Assembly: GCA_024233545.1 (NCBI GenBank)
Contig: JACKPL010000004.1
Location: 153,391 to 217,390, forward strand
Direction of reading: 5' to 3'
Length of the DNA stretch: 64,000 bases
Source of the DNA: a bacterium
GTDB lineage: Bacteria; Auribacterota; Auribacteria; Auribacterales; Auribacteraceae
A program made the position numbers and the translations under genes. The notes under the pieces were generated by a model. That model saw only the letters and a list, made by a program, of their open reading frames with translations. It did no database searches and was not told the DNA's origin. Each line of letters starts with the position of its first letter. Position 1 is the stretch's first letter. Positions 20,401 to 30,090 of this stretch are shown in pieces.

Positions 20401-23400
20401 CGAATGAATCAGCATAGGCTGTTTCGTTATCCTCTGGAATAACGATTGACACAACCGGCGCATCGGTATCATTAAGAACAGTTACTGTCTGCGGCGCCGA
20501 TTGAGCCCTGATTCCCGAAACATCTGTTACTTGAGCATATACTTCAAACGACGCAACATCAACAGGAACTCTATAAGTAAATGAATATGGTCCAACGATT
20601 TTCTCTTCAAAACGTTCGCCATTGATATACAATGATACATTTCGTATGCCGATGCTCGAAGTCGGAAGCGCAGTAAATGTCAATGCCGTCCCTTCTGTCG
20701 CGCTGGAAGGCACACCATTCAACACAATCGAAGGAGGCACAGTATCAAAAATTGTCAACAGGTGATAATCGACATCTCTTGTTCCGATAGGCATAGCGAT
20801 ATCTTCAATATTCTTTGTTGCTATTTCAATCTTCCGAATATAATTATTACTGGTTGCCATATAGAGATACCTGCCGTCATCGCTTATATCCATAGCATAG
20901 ATTGACGGCAATGAAGCCATATCAAGCCAGAGTTCCGCTTCACCTGTTTCAGGGTTATACATATAAATGTCATCAGGCGAATCATAGAACATGAATACGC
21001 GGAGCCCCATAGGTGTCAACCCGCCAACAGGATACTGGCCGCCGACATTAGTTTTTATTTGTGTAAATGAGGTCGATGCCGTATCAATCTCATACAATGT
21101 ACCATTATTATTCGTATTGGTAATATATGCCTTATTGCCGTATGGCAACATAACCATCTCATAATCCAAACCGACTCCTGACGAATCGCTATACCTTTTC
21201 ACTTCTGAATAATCGTCCAGATTAAATACCAGTATTCTGGAATAGGTCGGGTCAGAATAAGTGAACGATTGATTGCTTACATACAAATACTGTCCATCCG
21301 GAGTTACCACAACACTCCACGGATAATAGAGGCGGGTTCCCGTATTTGACGTAGTAATTTGATGAACAACAGTAAGGCTTTCCAGAGAAACAACCATAAC
21401 CTTATTATTATACGCACTTGTAATATATGCGAGTTTCCTTACCGCATCAAATGCAATGTCACGCGGCCCATCAAATCCATCGGAATAGGTGAAAACCTTA
21501 ACAATTTCACGGGTAAATTTATTGAACACAATTACTTCGTCATTTCCTTGACGGAATAAGAACCCATACTGCAAGGGTGATATCTTTATGTAATCTGCAT
21601 TATTGATTAACAATTCAGTTGTCGCATGCGTTATGTCATCAGTGACAAATAATCTGTAAGCTGACGTATAAGCTATTGAGAATAATTTGCCTTGTTTTAC
21701 AAATGTCTCTGGGCTTGTTATACCGTTAAGTATATTCGACAGATCGCTCACATTACCAGCGCCGTCAACCGCAACCGCAGTAATTGTAAACACCTGACTA
21801 TTCGATACATTATCGTCAAGATACAATATTGTCTGATAAGGCGGTACAGTAGCTACCGCTGTCGAGCTGTTTACCCCATCAAAAAGGGTGTATTCCACAC
21901 GGCTGATCGATGCGTTGTCTTGCGCATTGGCGGTTACGACAACCGGCATTCCCGCGTTTACACCCACTAAATCGGTTACCGCGGCGATCGTTACGGTCGG
22001 TGCTATGCTATCGTCAACAACAGTTATTGTAATAATTGAGCTCAATGCTGAGTTCCCTGCAAAATCATACGCTTTCGCTTGAATCTCGAAAGGCGTTGCT
22101 CCTGATGGAACATTTCCTACAAACGGGAAGGCAAACGGTGTTTGAGCATCAGTTCCAAGCAAGCCGCCATTGAGGTAGTATTCAACAAATTCTACTCCTT
22201 GATTATCGTCAACAGTTGCGACCAAGGACACCTCTTCTCCGACAAGATATGATTCTTTTACCGGATCAGCGGCAAGTTCGATAGTCGGATTTACTGCATC
22301 AGTTGCCGTACTCATCAATATCCTGCGATAAATACCCGAAGTCGGATAGTACGTATGCGACCAGTCACTGGTTTTAATAACGCTGTACCCTGTATTAGAC
22401 TGATAGTAAACAAATAAATACTTACCATCAGGAGTAAAGTCCGAATCCATAGGCACATATGGTAATGAAACGTTGGCAATAGATGTATAACTATCAGAAC
22501 TGAGCCCACCTTCTATCTTCCTGATATATATGATGTTTGAAGACCTATAGGCAATAGCCATTACCGAAAGGGTGTCGCTTACTTTTCCAATGGAGATATT
22601 ACCGTTATTAACATTAATATCTACGTTGTAATAGTTGGATCCAGTATCTGCATGGAACTTTCTATAGTCGTCAGTTGAGTAAGGCATGTAGATTAAATCA
22701 TTGGTACCATCAAAATAATTCTCCACATCCCATCCATAATTCATAGCGATTGCTGAAGGCAATGAACCAGTCGATTCAAGATTCGTTACCGTCCATCTTC
22801 TGGAATAATACGTACTTGAATTATACGTAGACGGCGAAGCCGCCCATAACGTATTTCCGCTGTGGCTCAACGCCAAATTCACCCTTACATATTCACCTGA
22901 GTTATTATACAAAGACGGCCCGTCGTAGCTGGTTGTGAAAATCGGGTCTCCGGTGCTTTCAGGATCAATACATACAGGAATATCAAGCACCACAATCTTG
23001 CTATTTCCAGTAGGTGATGAGGAAGAAGAATTCCACTCGGTGGATACGTATGCAAAACGGTCATTCTTATCGATAACGATTGATGAGAACCGTCCTTTAA
23101 ATGTTCCTGTATCATCAATTTCACGAACCAATGTGCCTTGAGGCATTTTGTATACGCGAATCTTATTAAATGACTGTGATGTGGAAGCTGATAGAGCAAA
23201 CAAGTATTCTCCATCGTGAGTCGATGCCATGTCGGTAAATTGTCCGCTGTTTGTTCCACCCGGCGCATTAAGAACCGATGTCATCCCGTTAAAATCGAGA
23301 CGGTGTATTTCGCGCTGATTATACGAAGCGGCAACAATTATGTCAAATACCGGTTCTAGCACATTTAAAGTAATAGAAGTTGATGCTGAATTGCCAACCG

Positions 23401-26400
23401 AGTCAATTACGGTAACTGCAATAACAGAATCTTCTCCGATAACACCATTATCAAGACGGAATGTTGCCGCCGTGAATGGCGGTTGAGTAACCGGCTCTTC
23501 AGCACGGTCATTAACACTGATTTGCACTTGAGCAATACCACCGTCATCGGTAATATCAAGAGCAAGTGTAACAAGCGAATTCAAGCGTGCATCCGAACCG
23601 TGAGCCGGCGAAAGGATAGCCACATTCGGGGCTTGCGTGTCTGCCACTACTCCATAAGTAACAGGTACCATTGCAGTAGTATTCCCTGCCGCATCACGCG
23701 CAACAGCCCTCACAACAATACTTTGTCCTTCACCGGTGAACGCCGGTACCTGCATTTGAATCGGATACGATGGCGCTACGGTAGAAATACCCATGGATTC
23801 ATTATCCAAGAGCAATTCGACCTGTTGCAGTACAAAATTATCCGTCGCATTAAACGCTACATTCACTCGTTTCCCTTCGACCAATTCAGTGCCTTGAACC
23901 GGCGAAGTAACGAAAATTGTCGGCGGAACATTGTCAAACATTTTTCCAGAATACATTGGTCCATAATTATAATTTGTCGACTCTATTCGGATGATCGGCA
24001 GTAACGTGACCGAATCAACAACGTCTGTTGCGCCGGAACTGCTGGCATCGCCATTAAAGAACAACGCTTTGCCGTCCGGTGTCAATTCGCCAAAATCCGC
24101 ATCATAAAGGTCAAGGCTGACTGTTGCCTCAACTTGCAGAGTATCAGCATTGATCTTGTAGATGGTTTCAGGCCCGGTAACAGTAACAACAAATGCTTTC
24201 GGCCCTTCGGGCGTATATCCTGCCGCAACAGCATATGAACTGCTGTTTAATGCTATAACTTTTTCCACACTTAAGGTATCGAGATTGATAATAAACAATC
24301 TGCTGTTTCGAGTCGACACAAACGCATACGGCGAACCTGCTATGGTTGCAACTTCATACGGTGTATACTGCGATGTTGTGCCCGGTTCAATGGTCGGTAT
24401 ATTTTTGATAATCATACCGTTCACCGCATTCATTACCGTAATGCCGCGTTCCGTACCGGAATGGTTACAAACCAAGATATATTTTTCGTCAGCAGAACGG
24501 AATAAACGTTCCGGTTGGTCAATAGTCTGAAAATCGGATATGGAGAACAGATAGTTAAAACCGGTGTGGCCAAGTGTATCAAATACATCTATCTTATCAT
24601 GGTTAGGACGAGCACAGAACAACAAGTCTTCGTTTTTGGATAACATAAGCGCTCTGGAATAGATGTCATATGTCCCTGTATATTCGTAATCCTGTTCTCG
24701 GTTTCCATTCAAAAGGTTAAAACGATACAATCTCCCGTAATAATCCGTTCGAGCCGTATACGCTTTTTTACCATCTTTTGTAGCAACAATATTGTATGGG
24801 TAATACGAATTGCCGCTTCCATAATCTGCAATTCGCTTATAGGATTTTGCATCAAAGACAGTAAATGTATAGGCACCGTAATTAGGTTTAAGAATAACAT
24901 CCATAAGAAATGGTTTCGAAGCAACCGTGAGAGATACAACACTGCTTACTGCCTGATTGCCGTTTTCATCAAAGGCGCGAGCATAAAGATCAAGTACGGC
25001 TCCCTCGTTTTCCGATAACCTTAACCCAAAGTCATACGGCGCTTGGGTATCGTTGTCAAATAATGCGCCGTTAATATAAAGTTCGACAAGGGCGACCCCT
25101 GCATTATCTGTTGCCGCCACATTGACAAACAATACATCGGTAGCGCCGATTTTATTTCCTGTAGCATTTGTACTGGCAATTGAAACTATCGGAGCAGTAT
25201 TATCGGGAACCACATCAACAAGAATCTGGTCTGACGCGGATGCTCCGCCAAAAGTAAATGCTTCAACTTCTATTACAACATCATTAAGCGGTGTAGATAC
25301 ATCGGGTAATGTAATGGTTGTTTCAAACGGCGGCGTATGCATGATATTGACTACAGTGCCGTCAATTTTAAAATGCATATCCGATACCACTTTCGGGTTA
25401 CTGACATCAACTTTGACAAGCAGTTTTGCACGCGAGGTGTACGTACCCGGCAATGGCGATACCATAGAAACCGTAAACGGTATAACCGCTGATTGATCGG
25501 GTGTTAATAAATATCCAACACCGTTTTCTCCATAAACCGAATACAGCTTTTTAATAATAGTAAAAGAATCAATATCGACAATTGATAACTCGCCCACTCC
25601 ATTTGTCGTTGTTGCAACAAGTAATTTGGTCGGATCAGACTGGGGCACTGTTAGACTCGCAATGTCTCCAAACCCACTCAATGTTGCCATTACTGTATCT
25701 GTCTTGGGATCGATCTTAAAAATAGTATTTTGAGTATCGCTTGCAATAGGTACATAACCTTGCGATGACACACCAGATACTAGGTTTTCAAGGTCATATG
25801 TCAGAGGAATTATCGTTACAAACTGTTTAGTAGCCATATTCATGACTTGGATATCTTCACTGTAATAAGTCGCAAAATAGGCTTTGGTTCCATCTGCAGG
25901 AATTGTAACTTTCCGCAGTGTTTCATTGTTCTGGCTTGGAAATGTCTGAGTGGCCTGCGAAATCAGATTGACTACTGCAATGGTATTCGAGTTATTGATT
26001 GTATAAATCTCTGTCCCATCAGGCGAAATATCCATATCGTAACCGTTAGTTGGTACATAAATAAAACTTTGCATGGTATCAGTCTGAGTATTAATCAGGT
26101 TGATTGTAGTGTTATAATCGAGAACGTATGCCAGATTGAGTTCTGGTTTGAATATGGCTTCCCACTGATTTGTTCCGTTATAAGAAGTAGCCATATTTAT
26201 TGTCTTTACATTATATGTCAACGGATCAATAGCATACATACCTCGTACATTTCCTGAAGCAACATAGATACGGCTTCCGTCAGGCGAAATATCAACTTTA
26301 TTGGCAGAAGTAACCGGAATTGTTGCCTCTATAACTCCAGTCTCAACATTGATAACCGAAACGCTATTCGCACTGGAATTCGGTGAAAGAATTCGGGCAA

Positions 26401-29400
26401 CGAGCGGTACATCAATAGTAATTGTTACAGAATCTGTACCAATATTGCCTGTCATGTCATATGCAGTAACTTCAATTGTTGCTGATTGGTTTGTCATTGA
26501 AGCAGGAATACGAAGGAGCACTTCCCGCTGATCGCTATCGATTACAATCGGCACACCGCCGCTTAGCGTTACCTGAATTGCATCAATACTGCCGCCTATC
26601 GATGATGAATCATCCGCAGTAAACGTAACCAAAACATTGCTGTTTGCATAGACTGTATCATTATCTTCCGGTGAGATAATTGATACAACAGGCGGTGCAG
26701 TATCTTCAAGTACTGACAAATTAACCGGTAAGGATTCGCCGACATTTCCTAACCAATCTGTTGCCCGCAGCTTGATTGAGATATTCGACGCATCGGTAAC
26801 TCTCGGAATCAATACCGATCCTGCAAACGGCAATTCAGGGTCTGTATCAGCCAACAAGACTTGGAAACCTGTTCCGTAATCCATCAGCAGTTCTACCGAC
26901 CGAATAGGCAGAGCATCAAGGATTGAAGCTTCGACAATAAGTTCTATATTTTCGGATACAGATGTTCCATCTAAAGGCGATGTTATAGCAATTACCGGAG
27001 CATCTCTATCATCAGGTATATTGATAACCTGAGTTGCAGTAGAAATACTGTTGTTGAAGAGGTCTCGTGCACGTAACGAGATTGAAAAATCAGTTCCGAA
27101 TTCTTCAGGGCTGACTGGAATACTCATAGTAAATGCCGGGCCTTTTGCCGAATCGAGAGACCTGCCGTTTACAATAAGTTCGACCGTTGCCTGATCGTCA
27201 TCACTCGCTGTTCCCGTAACCACTATCGCATCATTGTCAAACATTATATTTGTAGCCCCAAATACCGGCATACCTTTTCCGACACCAAAATCAAATTCTG
27301 TTAATGTAGTGCTTGAAGACAATCGCGAAACATATACATAATATCCGTGCACTTTAACCGTTTCACACGATGAATTGAGTGTCCATTGAGTCACTAAATC
27401 CAACGACGGGAGCGAATAGACATCAAGACGATCGTATTTTACTTGATAGAGATAATTACCGAATACATCAATACCATCAGAATCTTTTCCAGTATCCGAC
27501 AAATAAAGTATTCTTGTTGGAGTTGCCTTGCTTGTATTGAGATCAAATACAACTATCCCGTAATAATCTATACTTGCATAAAGCTTGTTGTCTTTAATAG
27601 CCAAGCCGTTATGATTATTACTGCTTTGAGTGTCAAGCTGTGCTAATTCCTGCATGTTTGCAGGGTTGCTGACGTTATATGAGAATAATGCATCCTGATC
27701 GCCAACGTACAAATAATTCTTAGTATTATCCAGTATGGCTGAATACGGAAAATCATTTGTCGGGCGAACAAGAGATTGGATAAAAACGGGGTTTTCTCTA
27801 TCAGAAATATCGTAAGAAACAATACTATTGTTATATATCGTAAACAACGTATCATTTCCATTATATACAGCGAAATAAGCATTAAGAGAGATTACTTTAA
27901 CTCGTCTAATCTTTGTGGGCTCGCTAATATCAAATATGTACATCCCGCCTCCATCACTCGGCGCATAGAGATAATCGCCGGCGATAGCAAAATGATATAC
28001 ATATCTGCTGTCCATTGTATCTTGGCTGACTAAATTAAACGTACCGATATCAACAACGCGTATACCGCTACTGCCGCCAAGAAACGCATACTGTCCTCGT
28101 ATCTCAAACCACTCGCAATTTGTAATGTTTATTGAGCGAGTCTGCCCATTGAAAATGAACGCAGGATTAAGCTCGACTACTGCTTCTGAACTTAACAATT
28201 CATCATCAGTCACAATGACATTCAATGAAAGCGGTTCATCCAAATCAGAGTTTGCTACAGTAAAATTCACACTTACCGATGTCGGCGTACCGGGATCGCC
28301 GGTATAGGAATTGTTGTAATAGATTTGCGATCCATTCTGCAATACTTCTATGGTATTGATCGAAGGTGTAAGCCCAAGGTCTTTCACCCTGAATTGCAAT
28401 GTATGAACTGCACCCGCCCTAATGATGTCTCCATCTTCATGCGAAGTAATCTTAACTACGGGGGCGCCATTTTGAGAAGTGGTAATCGTTACGTCAACAG
28501 CATCGCCTTGGTTTCCGGCGACATCGTATGGCGTTACGGTAAACACATTATCGGTCAATAACCCGTTTATTCCAAAGTTAGTTTCAAACGTTACTAAATT
28601 GAGATCAGACCACCCATCCGGTACAGGAAGAGTCACTATATCGAGAGGTTCAGCGCTTCCGCCGGAACCGATTTCAATCTTATCAACCCAAACAGTATCT
28701 CTTCCACTGCATACACTGCCGTCTTTGTAATACATAAACTGTAAATTATGCGTTCCAACAGTTAACGGAGTGCTAAAGAATGTCCATCCCGAATAACCGC
28801 CAACATTGAGCACTAAATTACCATCAACATATAATCGCAATTTATCACAGCATGATTCTGTTTCGAGCTTGTAATAGAACGATATTGTCGTTGCTTCAGG
28901 AATATCAACGGTCAAGAACATCGAACTGTTTTGACTATCCGTTAAAGATGTTGGGCCTTGAGCTGAATACGACCCTTCATATTTTTCGTCAGTAGTAATA
29001 TTCCAGAATCTGTTAGAACTGCCGGTGAATGTCCAAGCTTGTGCGCTGAAATCGCCGGTTTCAAAATCATCAGAATACCCTTGAGAAGGCATAACAAATG
29101 CGGTTTCATCAAAATCAATGACGATATGGTCGACCGCAATATTATCGGTAACCGTAATCGCAACATCAAGCAGTTCGCCGACTGTTCCTTGAGTATCCCC
29201 TGTAACATTCTGGACAACAGGATTGATGGTATCTTCACCGATATTCAATGTGATTAACGATGTATACCCAACATTTCCGCTTAAATCCATTACGCGGGCC
29301 TGCATAGTTACCGAACCGGCATTTTGTGCATAATAGTACAGTTCATAAGGCGGCACAAAATCTTTCTTGTATGGTTTTCCGTCAACAAGAAATTCTACCG

Positions 29401-29644
29401 TCACCGCATCTTTGTTTGTGACATCAACTTCAACGATCGCCGTATCATCGAGTAAAATGGTGTCATTGTCAGAATGCGATACGATGTTTGCTATCGGTGC
29501 ACCAGTTTCAAACGCATTCAATTCATATACACGCACACCATTATTATAATTACAGACAAAAAGCAGATTACCGTATATATCCATGTTGCGGAAAGTGTTG
29601 CTTCCAGAAATTGTACCGAGCAGTTTAATATTATTGCGAATAGC
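17402..29644 (-). CDS. Giant-gene segment 4, 4060 aa from the ATG at 29584. The frame is open and repeat-like back to a TAA at 29645-29647. It has an N-terminal LVIVD-type repeat and no signal peptide, then Ig-like domains and a MAM/CBM-like jelly-roll with Cys pairs (about 28640-29075). At least three YVTN-type beta-propeller repeat arrays follow, interleaved with tandem Ig-like domains.
   Basis: ORF translation. YVTN repeats include DISPDGSRIYVASGNVRGMYAIDPLT, LAYVLDYNTTINLINTQTD, EIYTINNSNTIAVVNLISQ. The in-frame sequence upstream of the ATG (AIRNNIKLLGTISGSNTFRN-MDIYGNLLFVCNYNNGVRVYEL) continues the LVIVD-like repeat. Confidence 0.8.
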   Translation of the reverse strand, partial: AIRNNIKLLGTISGSNTFRNMDIYGNLLFVCNYNNGVRVYELNAFETGAPIANIVSHSDNDTILLDDTAIVEVDVTNKDAVTVEFLVDGKPYKKDFVPPYELYYYAQNAGSVTMQARVMDLSGNVGYTSLITLNIGEDTINPVVQNVTGDTQGTVGELLDVAITVTDNIAVDHIVIDFDETAFVMPSQGYSDDFETGDFSAQAWTFTGSSNRFWNITTDEKYEGSYSAQGPTSLTDSQNSSMFLTVDIPEATTISFYYKLETESCCDKLRLYVDGNLVLNVGGYSGWTFFSTPLTVGTHNLQFMYYKDGSVCSGRDTVWVDKIEIGSGGSAEPLDIVTLPVPDGWSDLNLVTFETNFGINGLLTDNVFTVTPYDVAGNQGDAVDVTITTSQNGAPVVKITSHEDGDIIRAGAVHTLQFRVKDLGLTPSINTIEVLQNGSQIYYNNSYTGDPGTPTSVSVNFTVANSDLDEPLSLNVIVTDDELLSSEAVVELNPAFIFNGQTRSINITNCEWFEIRGQYAFLGGSSGIRVVDIGTFNLVSQDTMDSRYVYHFAIAGDYLYAPSDGGGMYIFDISEPTKIRRVKVISLNAYFAVYNGNDTLFTIYNNSIVSYDISDRENPVFIQSLVRPTNDFPYSAILDNTKNYLYVGDQDALFSYNVSNPANMQELAQLDTQSSNNHNGLAIKDNKLYASIDYYGIVVFDLNTSKATPTRILYLSDTGKDSDGIDVFGNYLYQVKYDRLDVYSLPSLDLVTQWTLNSSCETVKVHGYYVYVSRLSSSTTLTEFDFGVGKGMPVFGATNIMFDNDAIVVTGTASDDDQATVELIVNGRSLDSAKGPAFTMSIPVSPEEFGTDFSISLRARDLFNNSISTATQVINIPDDRDAPVIAITSPLDGTSVSENIELIVEASILDALPIRSVELLMDYGTGFQVLLADTDPELPFAGSVLIPRVTDASNISIKLRATDWLGNVGESLPVNLSVLEDTAPPVVSIISPEDNDTVYANSNVLVTFTADDSSSIGGSIDAIQVTLSGGVPIVIDSDQREVLLRIPASMTNQSATIEVTAYDMTGNIGTDSVTITIDVPLVARILSPNSSANSVSVINVETGVIEATIPVTSANKVDISPDGSRIYVASGNVRGMYAIDPLTYNVKTINMATSYNGTNQWEAIFKPELNLAYVLDYNTTINLINTQTDTMQSFIYVPTNGYDMDISPDGTEIYTINNSNTIAVVNLISQATQTFPSQNNETLRKVTIPADGTKAYFATYYSEDIQVMNMATKQFVTIIPLTYDLENLVSGVSSQGYVPIASDTQNTIFKIDPKTDTVMATLSGFGDIASLTVPQSDPTKLLVATTTNGVGELSIVDIDSFTIIKKLYSVYGENGVGYLLTPDQSAVIPFTVSMVSPLPGTYTSRAKLLVKVDVSNPKVVSDMHFKIDGTVVNIMHTPPFETTITLPDVSTPLNDVVIEVEAFTFGGASASDQILVDVVPDNTAPIVSIASTNATGNKIGATDVLFVNVAATDNAGVALVELYINGALFDNDTQAPYDFGLRLSENEGAVLDLYARAFDENGNQAVSSVVSLTVASKPFLMDVILKPNYGAYTFTVFDAKSYKRIADYGSGNSYYPYNIVATKDGKKAYTARTDYYGRLYRFNLLNGNREQDYEYTGTYDIYSRALMLSKNEDLLFCARPNHDKIDVFDTLGHTGFNYLFSISDFQTIDQPERLFRSADEKYILVCNHSGTERGITVMNAVNGMIIKNIPTIEPGTTSQYTPYEVATIAGSPYAFVSTRNSRLFIINLDTLSVEKVIALNSSSYAVAAGYTPEGPKAFVVTVTGPETIYKINADTLQVEATVSLDLYDADFGELTPDGKALFFNGDASSSGATDVVDSVTLLPIIRIESTNYNYGPMYSGKMFDNVPPTIFVTSPVQGTELVEGKRVNVAFNATDNFVLQQVELLLDNESMGISTVAPSYPIQMQVPAFTGEGQSIVVRAVARDAAGNTTAMVPVTYGVVADTQAPNVAILSPAHGSDARLNSLVTLALDITDDGGIAQVQISVNDRAEEPVTQPPFTAATFRLDNGVIGEDSVIAVTVIDSVGNSASTSITLNVLEPVFDIIVAASYNQREIHRLDFNGMTSVLNAPGGTNSGQFTDMASTHDGEYLFALSASTSQSFNKIRVYKMPQGTLVREIDDTGTFKGRFSSIVIDKNDRFAYVSTEWNSSSSSPTGNSKIVVLDIPVCIDPESTGDPIFTTSYDGPSLYNNSGEYVRVNLALSHSGNTLWAASPSTYNSSTYYSRRWTVTNLESTGSLPSAIAMNYGWDVENYFDGTNDLIYMPYSTDDYRKFHADTGSNYYNVDINVNNGNISIGKVSDTLSVMAIAYRSSNIIYIRKIEGGLSSDSYTSIANVSLPYVPMDSDFTPDGKYLFVYYQSNTGYSVIKTSDWSHTYYPTSGIYRRILMSTATDAVNPTIELAADPVKESYLVGEEVSLVATVDDNQGVEFVEYYLNGGLLGTDAQTPFAFPFVGNVPSGATPFEIQAKAYDFAGNSALSSIITITVVDDSIAPTVTIAAVTDLVGVNAGMPVVVTANAQDNASISRVEYTLFDGVNSSTAVATVPPYQTILYLDDNVSNSQVFTITAVAVDGAGNVSDLSNILNGITSPETFVKQGKLFSIAYTSAYRLFVTDDITHATTELLINNADYIKISPLQYGFLFRQGNDEVIVFNKFTREIVKVFTYSDGFDGPRDIAFDAVRKLAYITSAYNNKVMVVSLESLTVVHQITTSNTGTRLYYPWSVVVTPDGQYLYVSNQSFTYSDPTYSRILVFNLDDYSEVKRYSDSSGVGLDYEMVMLPYGNKAYITNTNNNGTLYEIDTASTSFTQIKTNVGGQYPVGGLTPMGLRVFMFYDSPDDIYMYNPETGEAELWLDMASLPSIYAMDISDDGRYLYMATSNNYIRKIEIATKNIEDIAMPIGTRDVDYHLLTIFDTVPPSIVLNGVPSSATEGTALTFTALPTSSIGIRNVSLYINGERFEEKIVGPYSFTYRVPVDVASFEVYAQVTDVSGIRAQSAPQTVTVLNDTDAPVVSIVIPEDNETAYADSFVVLNVEISDATDNIKFVQVLYNGVPVKFLGTEAYLNLGGAPYQTSIPIEEDALEASATIEVIAVDYAGLMTSDSVALTVVRSDYNQLLMVNNAGALFDLDTNTLIAGDLGISTGVNFVATDAKYHQQRDQLFIAMYDTQSEREQLGMVDFNAQVFSYRTGNQYFRTQTVELAEQNSQLFALLFPEYPFDYVTVMNIDSPSTSPYGYQYIRGARGTVTAPDGRIYIAEYGYEDGSHPSYWCSRITNYDLTTGNGSLTGFTSASAYRGTAINLNQAGNILYVGRFYQSANQYEIARIDTGPFTSAAGLFRTVDSEISSIESVVISGSERILAALPDNDTILVFDPTTLNEVDSWSVPSPDRLQFDTIENALFVFSKADNLIAKIDVETGTVVAQNSVAGPVAVFGRINKLLPDVAVPVVTIVSPLDNESYFEGHLLSIQISAVDENIDAIEMFYNNIKAETINANGQSSLTILKRLPIIDGASDVLTIEVRAKDMFGNIGRSDKIAITILDDTEAPAVTMTEPIAGQTVIGGSWVDVIGVSTDNSGTQSMVEIIEIYFDNDIIDVLSPEEDGTFDRPIVIPVNVYSDPMTVGVIAQDYAGNRSSKISVQVNLLFEAEPTAGYDDRDVYDTYVLDDKLYITSYQILEVYDISSLIPGGGGEGESGVGETGIGGELEFAGSELSFLGNVPRISTANRLVYTSTANPYSLYHFVVENGFIYGVGTYSGWSSTQFIVMGASFDPYDFNLKAQIQLDDETIENREGVILLNGDRAYVGHDDGVWVLNVRFPNSPVVLPGIEDNDSGTLALEATEDNLYRLTRRGQIHVYELDNLELLQTITLYTPAPEAPLPDFGDLEVKDSVLYATDEIGGLFSVGITQTPLSFGTPAFILIDDLDGEMPMGIDSIGDFTVIHGMNDVFFLDTSSLGSEIVLGSVSQFTNVPIEYQITDCYIYGNQLIVQSGEAAIVNIYHDLGGAPTVELDLPADINDRHYIGGESSVLIPFDA

Positions 29645-30090
29645 TTAGCATCCCATACAGCAATACCGGTTAGCGTTGAGTTGCTCGAAACAAATGCAAT
29701 ATCGCCGATTGATAACAGACCGCCCCATTGATAATTGTGTCCTGATGGGGATTCGGTATCAACCCATGATCCCGTAGCAGTAGCGCTTGCGCCTCGCGCA
29801 TCAGCAACAGCTATCCGGCTACTTCCTACAACCAACACATAGTCGCTATCTAACGCCTGCAGATACCGAGTATAGTAATAATAACTATTGTTCAACCAGT
29901 TATTTGTCGTTCCTGACAGCGTTTCGACATCAGAAATATCTGCATTTAACAATGAGAAATACGGATTGGAATACTCACCTGTCCAATATGCCATATTGCC
30001 TTCCAACCATACACCAAATGCATAATATGAGCTGGTTTTACTGCTGTAGTATTTCGCTCGCCGACATAACGGTAAGACAACGTAGGCACG
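29645..30090 (-). CDS. Giant-gene bridging segment 3, in the third reading frame (track ORF 29518-30006, 162 aa, starting at TTG). It carries protein-like LVIVD-type sequence and connects segment 2 to segment 4 through two frame changes.
   Basis: The frame-C translation is ...YAFGVWLEGNMAYWTGEYSNPYFSLLNADISDVETL...DSDYVLVVGSSRIAVADARGAS...IAFVSSNSTLTGIAVWDAK. It is protein-like precisely where the flanking ORFs' own frames turn into non-domain-like text. Confidence 0.65.

Noticed and set aside
29518-30006. The 162-aa ORF treated as an independent small gene
   Set aside because: It starts at TTG with no RBS and has no stop-bounded N-terminus, because the frame stays open upstream. It encodes LVIVD-type repeat sequence continuous with its neighbours, so it is better explained as the middle piece of a frame-shifted giant ORF.
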